A stretch of DNA of 58,509 nt, filler included, from Sluysia triapertura (Eukaryota), in assembly GCA_046118255.1 (NCBI GenBank). It is 4 parts of 4 records of this genome, joined end to end, with 100 filler letters (N's around TTAATTAATTAA, not from the genome) between each part and the next. Parts side by side here need not be neighbours in the genome. Positions count along the whole stretch, not along the records: positions 43,253 to 58,509 come from JBJNIA010233452.1; 3 more parts are not named here. One strand, 5' to 3'. A model generated the notes under the pieces. The model made no database searches, had not been told where the DNA came from, and worked only from the letters and a program-made list of their open reading frames with translations. The position numbers and the translations under genes were made by a program. Of this stretch, positions 55,361-58,509 are shown piece by piece; the first letter of the stretch is position 1, and the number at the start of each line of letters is the position of its first letter.

Positions 55361-56288
55361 TGCAGTTAAGTAGAGATATATTTTTATTTAAACAATGAAT
55401 TAATTTATTATTAATAATTATTATTTATTAATAAATTATTAAGTTCGACTGATAGTAAAAAAATTCTGTTGAAATGTTTAATCTTGGAATTGTCCTTTTT
55501 AAACAAATTATCATTACTAATTTAATTGTGAATAATTTCTGCATATGTGGTTGAAACTTACAGTAAAATGTGGTTGGTTGTCCAATGATAAGTGCCATGT
55601 AAATTTTTATTATTTTAGGTAGCCAATAAAAGCAACTAATTTTGTTGCTATATGCGATTAATATATGTTTTGATAAAGAGAACTGTGAAGTAACGAGCGT
55701 TTATAACAGTATAATTGAAAAGCTATCCAAACTGACGGCTGGTATAATTAAATGATTATAATAAAATTCATAATAACAATCAATGATGAAAATAATAATA
55801 ATTATAGTAATAATGATAATAATAAAACTAAAGACAAAGATAAAAATGAATAAAAAGCATACAAATTCTTTCTTCTTTCTATAACTTATTGAACCTAACT
55901 TTGTTCTTCTGCAGCGTTAAAAAGATTAGATGAATGAAAGTATAAAGAGTAGTGATAGAATGAAAATGAATAAAATAAAATGCTTGAAAATCTTAAAATT
56001 AACTCTGTCTTAAAAATATTTGTTGAAGATCCTATTTGTTCTTAATTCTCTTTCTTTAAATTAGCTTCTACTCTTTCATTCTTAAAACCTGTAAAATAAT
56101 GAATTTAAATGCTTTATAATTAAATTCTGAAATTGTTTTCTAAATATGTGTGATTTCTAAAATCTGAGTAAGGACAACGTGGTAAATCACTGGTTAATCA
56201 CATGTTCGGTAATGTTTGAATGGCATGAATAATTTAGGTAATTGTGAATACTTGGGCGAGTAGAAATATGGCCAATGAATACATAATA

Positions 56289-58161
56289 TGTGAATGACGA
56301 TTTTCGAATTCATTGTTATAAAATAAGAAAAAAATTATAAAAATACGAAGTTAAAGTTAAAGGTGTTAAACGAAATTCCATTTAGCTTGTTGTTGTTCAC
56401 TAGATTTGAAGTACATATTTAATGATTTTAGATGTCATAAATAATTGAAGTATTGTAAAATTATAAATTTTGGTATATTATAATGTTTTAAAATTTTGAT
56501 TGATGAGGTTGGCCGCCACATTAGCCCCTTTGAAGACTCGGAAAGAACGGATGGTTAAAGTTGAAAGTGATCTGTAGTAAATAATTTAATTTTATGTAAA
56601 CCGTGTTCATTTAACAGAGTTGCTGTAATATTGAAGGAAACCGATTTCTTTGTTGGTGGTAATTTAGATTCTTCTTCTATTAGAATTGTAGCTTGTTTAA
56701 GCTTACACCAGTTAATTGTTTTAGCTTTTCCATTGATGTCGATAAGGCTGTATTACTATTTGGTTTAAATTTGATGACTTTGTATGGGGTGTATCTTGGT
56801 TGAGGTGATTTTGGATTTTCTAAGTTAGCCAGACAAATTTACTGTCTGTGATATCTTTTGGAATATAAATATGAGGATTATTATTATGAATGGTTGCTTT
56901 GTTCAGTTCATTAAAGTATTGCCGCAAGAGTTCTGAATATATTTTTTCGGTAGGGTTTTCTTTTTCGATAGTTCAAAGGGTAGTCTTGTATTGGTTCCTA
57001 AGACTATTTGAGCTGGAGAATATCCAGTTGAAAATGAGTAAGCGTTTTATTGTGACAATCAATTAGGAGTTTACAGTGAGTAAGAAAATCTTCCATAGCA
57101 TCGGTTTTTGTACTACGGCGATTAGAAAAGTCCATTTGAATGTATTATTGAAATGCGGAAGTTTAAATTGTAATTTTCTGGAGCCAAAGCAGGTAACGGT
57201 TGTCCCATTTACTGCTGTAAGGAATGAAAGTGTTTGTGATGTATTTCTTATAAAACGTTGTGGTATTACAAACTCGGCAGCTCCAGTATCAATTAGAAAG
57301 TCCAATTTGCTGCATTTGAAATCGGTAAAGGTTAGCGATTGCCAATTGTTTCGGTCGGGCAGCTCTGACTTTTGGCAAATTCAGTTTTTGGCGGAGGATT
57401 AAGATTTCTAAAATGGATACCGCCATATATGCATCTTTTAGAATTCTTTTGAAGATGTGCGTGATATACGCATGCATTCTTAATAGTTAAAGTTGTAGAT
57501 TTAATTGGGAATGTGCATCCCAGTAAAATATTTTCTGTTTCTGTCAGATTTGCTGGAAGTTGAAGAACTTGTTCTTCTTGATGGTGAATTATCTCTTAAT
57601 TTTGAAATTAGCATTTTTCGACACGCAGAAGGAGATTTTGTGTTTCTGAGTTTGTTGTTACAGTATATTTTTGGTTATTGGATAAAGAATCATTCACTGA
57701 TTACAAAGGTTGTTGATGATTCTTATTCCACACTGCAATAATGTTATCGGCGATCTTAGCTAATTCGTCGATTTTTGTATTTTGGGTTCCAACAAATGTG
57801 TGAAAAGCATAGCATCGAGGAATAATCATTTTAGTACATCGTGATTTTCATCGATGTCACAACCAAATGGAGCTAAATCTGTTTTTATTTTTGCCAAAAA
57901 TTCGGAAGATGAAAGATTACCAAATGTTTGTACTTTGAAATAGTCTTGAAAGACTTTTTCCGAATTATGACGGTATTGCTGTATGACAATTTGTTTGAGT
58001 TCGTCATACGGGGATTTTGAGGCAATATACGTTTGGATTTTGAGACTGAATTTACTCAGAAGTGTTTGTGAGAACATTGATAAGGTATGATTAAACTTGG
58101 CAGTTTGATGTTTGATTGCATTGATTTTGAACATGGTCTCAACAACCGCAAACCATGTCAT
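56289..58161 (-). mobile_element. Ty3/Gypsy LTR retrotransposon, internally deleted (gag, protease, integrase tail, PPT, 3' LTR)
   Basis: Gag WFAVVETMF...PYDELK, protease FLIDTGA and integrase C-terminus YSPAQIVLG..RLP. PPT-like AAAGGGGCTAA precedes a TG...CA LTR at 56520-56289. RT, RNase H and the integrase core are deleted near 57060. Confidence 0.88.
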
Positions 58162-58250
58162 CTGTAAAGTATAATTGTATATATATTTTAGTGTTAAATA
58201 AATTATATTTTAGTAAAATTGCGTATCGTAATTATATTAAATAAAAAATA

Positions 58251-58400
58251 AAAATATATTAAAATTAAATAATATTAAATTAAAATAAAAATATTAAATA
58301 ATATTAAAAAGTAAATAAAAATATATTAAAATTAAATAATATTAAATTAAAATAAAAAAATATTAAATAATATTAAAAAATAAAAATATTAAAATTAAAA
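58251..58400. repeat. Almost pure A/T tandem repeat, ~67-bp unit, just over two copies
   Basis: AAAATATATTAAAATTAAATAATATTAAATTAAAATAAAAA... repeated. Confidence 0.8.
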
Positions 58401-58509
58401 AAGAAATTAAAAAGATTCATTTTGTTTAAATCATATTTTGTTAATAAAGGTAATTTAATATTTATTTTTAGTATATTATTAACAAAGGTAAATTAATATT
58501 AATTTTAAA

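Overview
AT-rich eukaryotic (metazoan-like) nuclear DNA read in the standard code, with both tiny (31-55 nt) and kb-size introns. It is a draft assembly: three identical 100-bp spacers (44N-TTAATTAATTAA-44N) and several N gaps split it into blocks whose adjacency is unproven. Two apparently intact spliced genes can be rebuilt by hand. The first is a + strand 4-exon dispersed C2H2 zinc-finger protein ending in a PLDLS (CtBP-binding) motif, 5234-14966. The second is four internal exons of a malic enzyme on the - strand, 31516-36260. The rest is mostly decayed sequence. Host-gene pseudogenes resemble a GPN-loop GTPase, a histone H3 variant, an SH3 protein, cystathionine gamma-lyase, WDTC1 and ARP5. 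Mobile DNA includes piggyBac, hAT and Tc1/mariner elements and MITEs, Gypsy LTR elements with a recurring LTR family, an L2/CR1-like LINE, Penelope-like and Merlin-like remnants, and a Polinton/Adintovirus-type DNA polymerase B fossil. The most intriguing signal is a NeSL/Utopia-like restriction-like-endonuclease retrotransposon whose 3' end abuts the T-loop of a tRNA 3' half, with a related full-length tRNA-like copy at 12.9 kb. This suggests a possible tRNA-targeting site-specific retroelement. All homology calls are from motifs recognised by eye; no searches were run.
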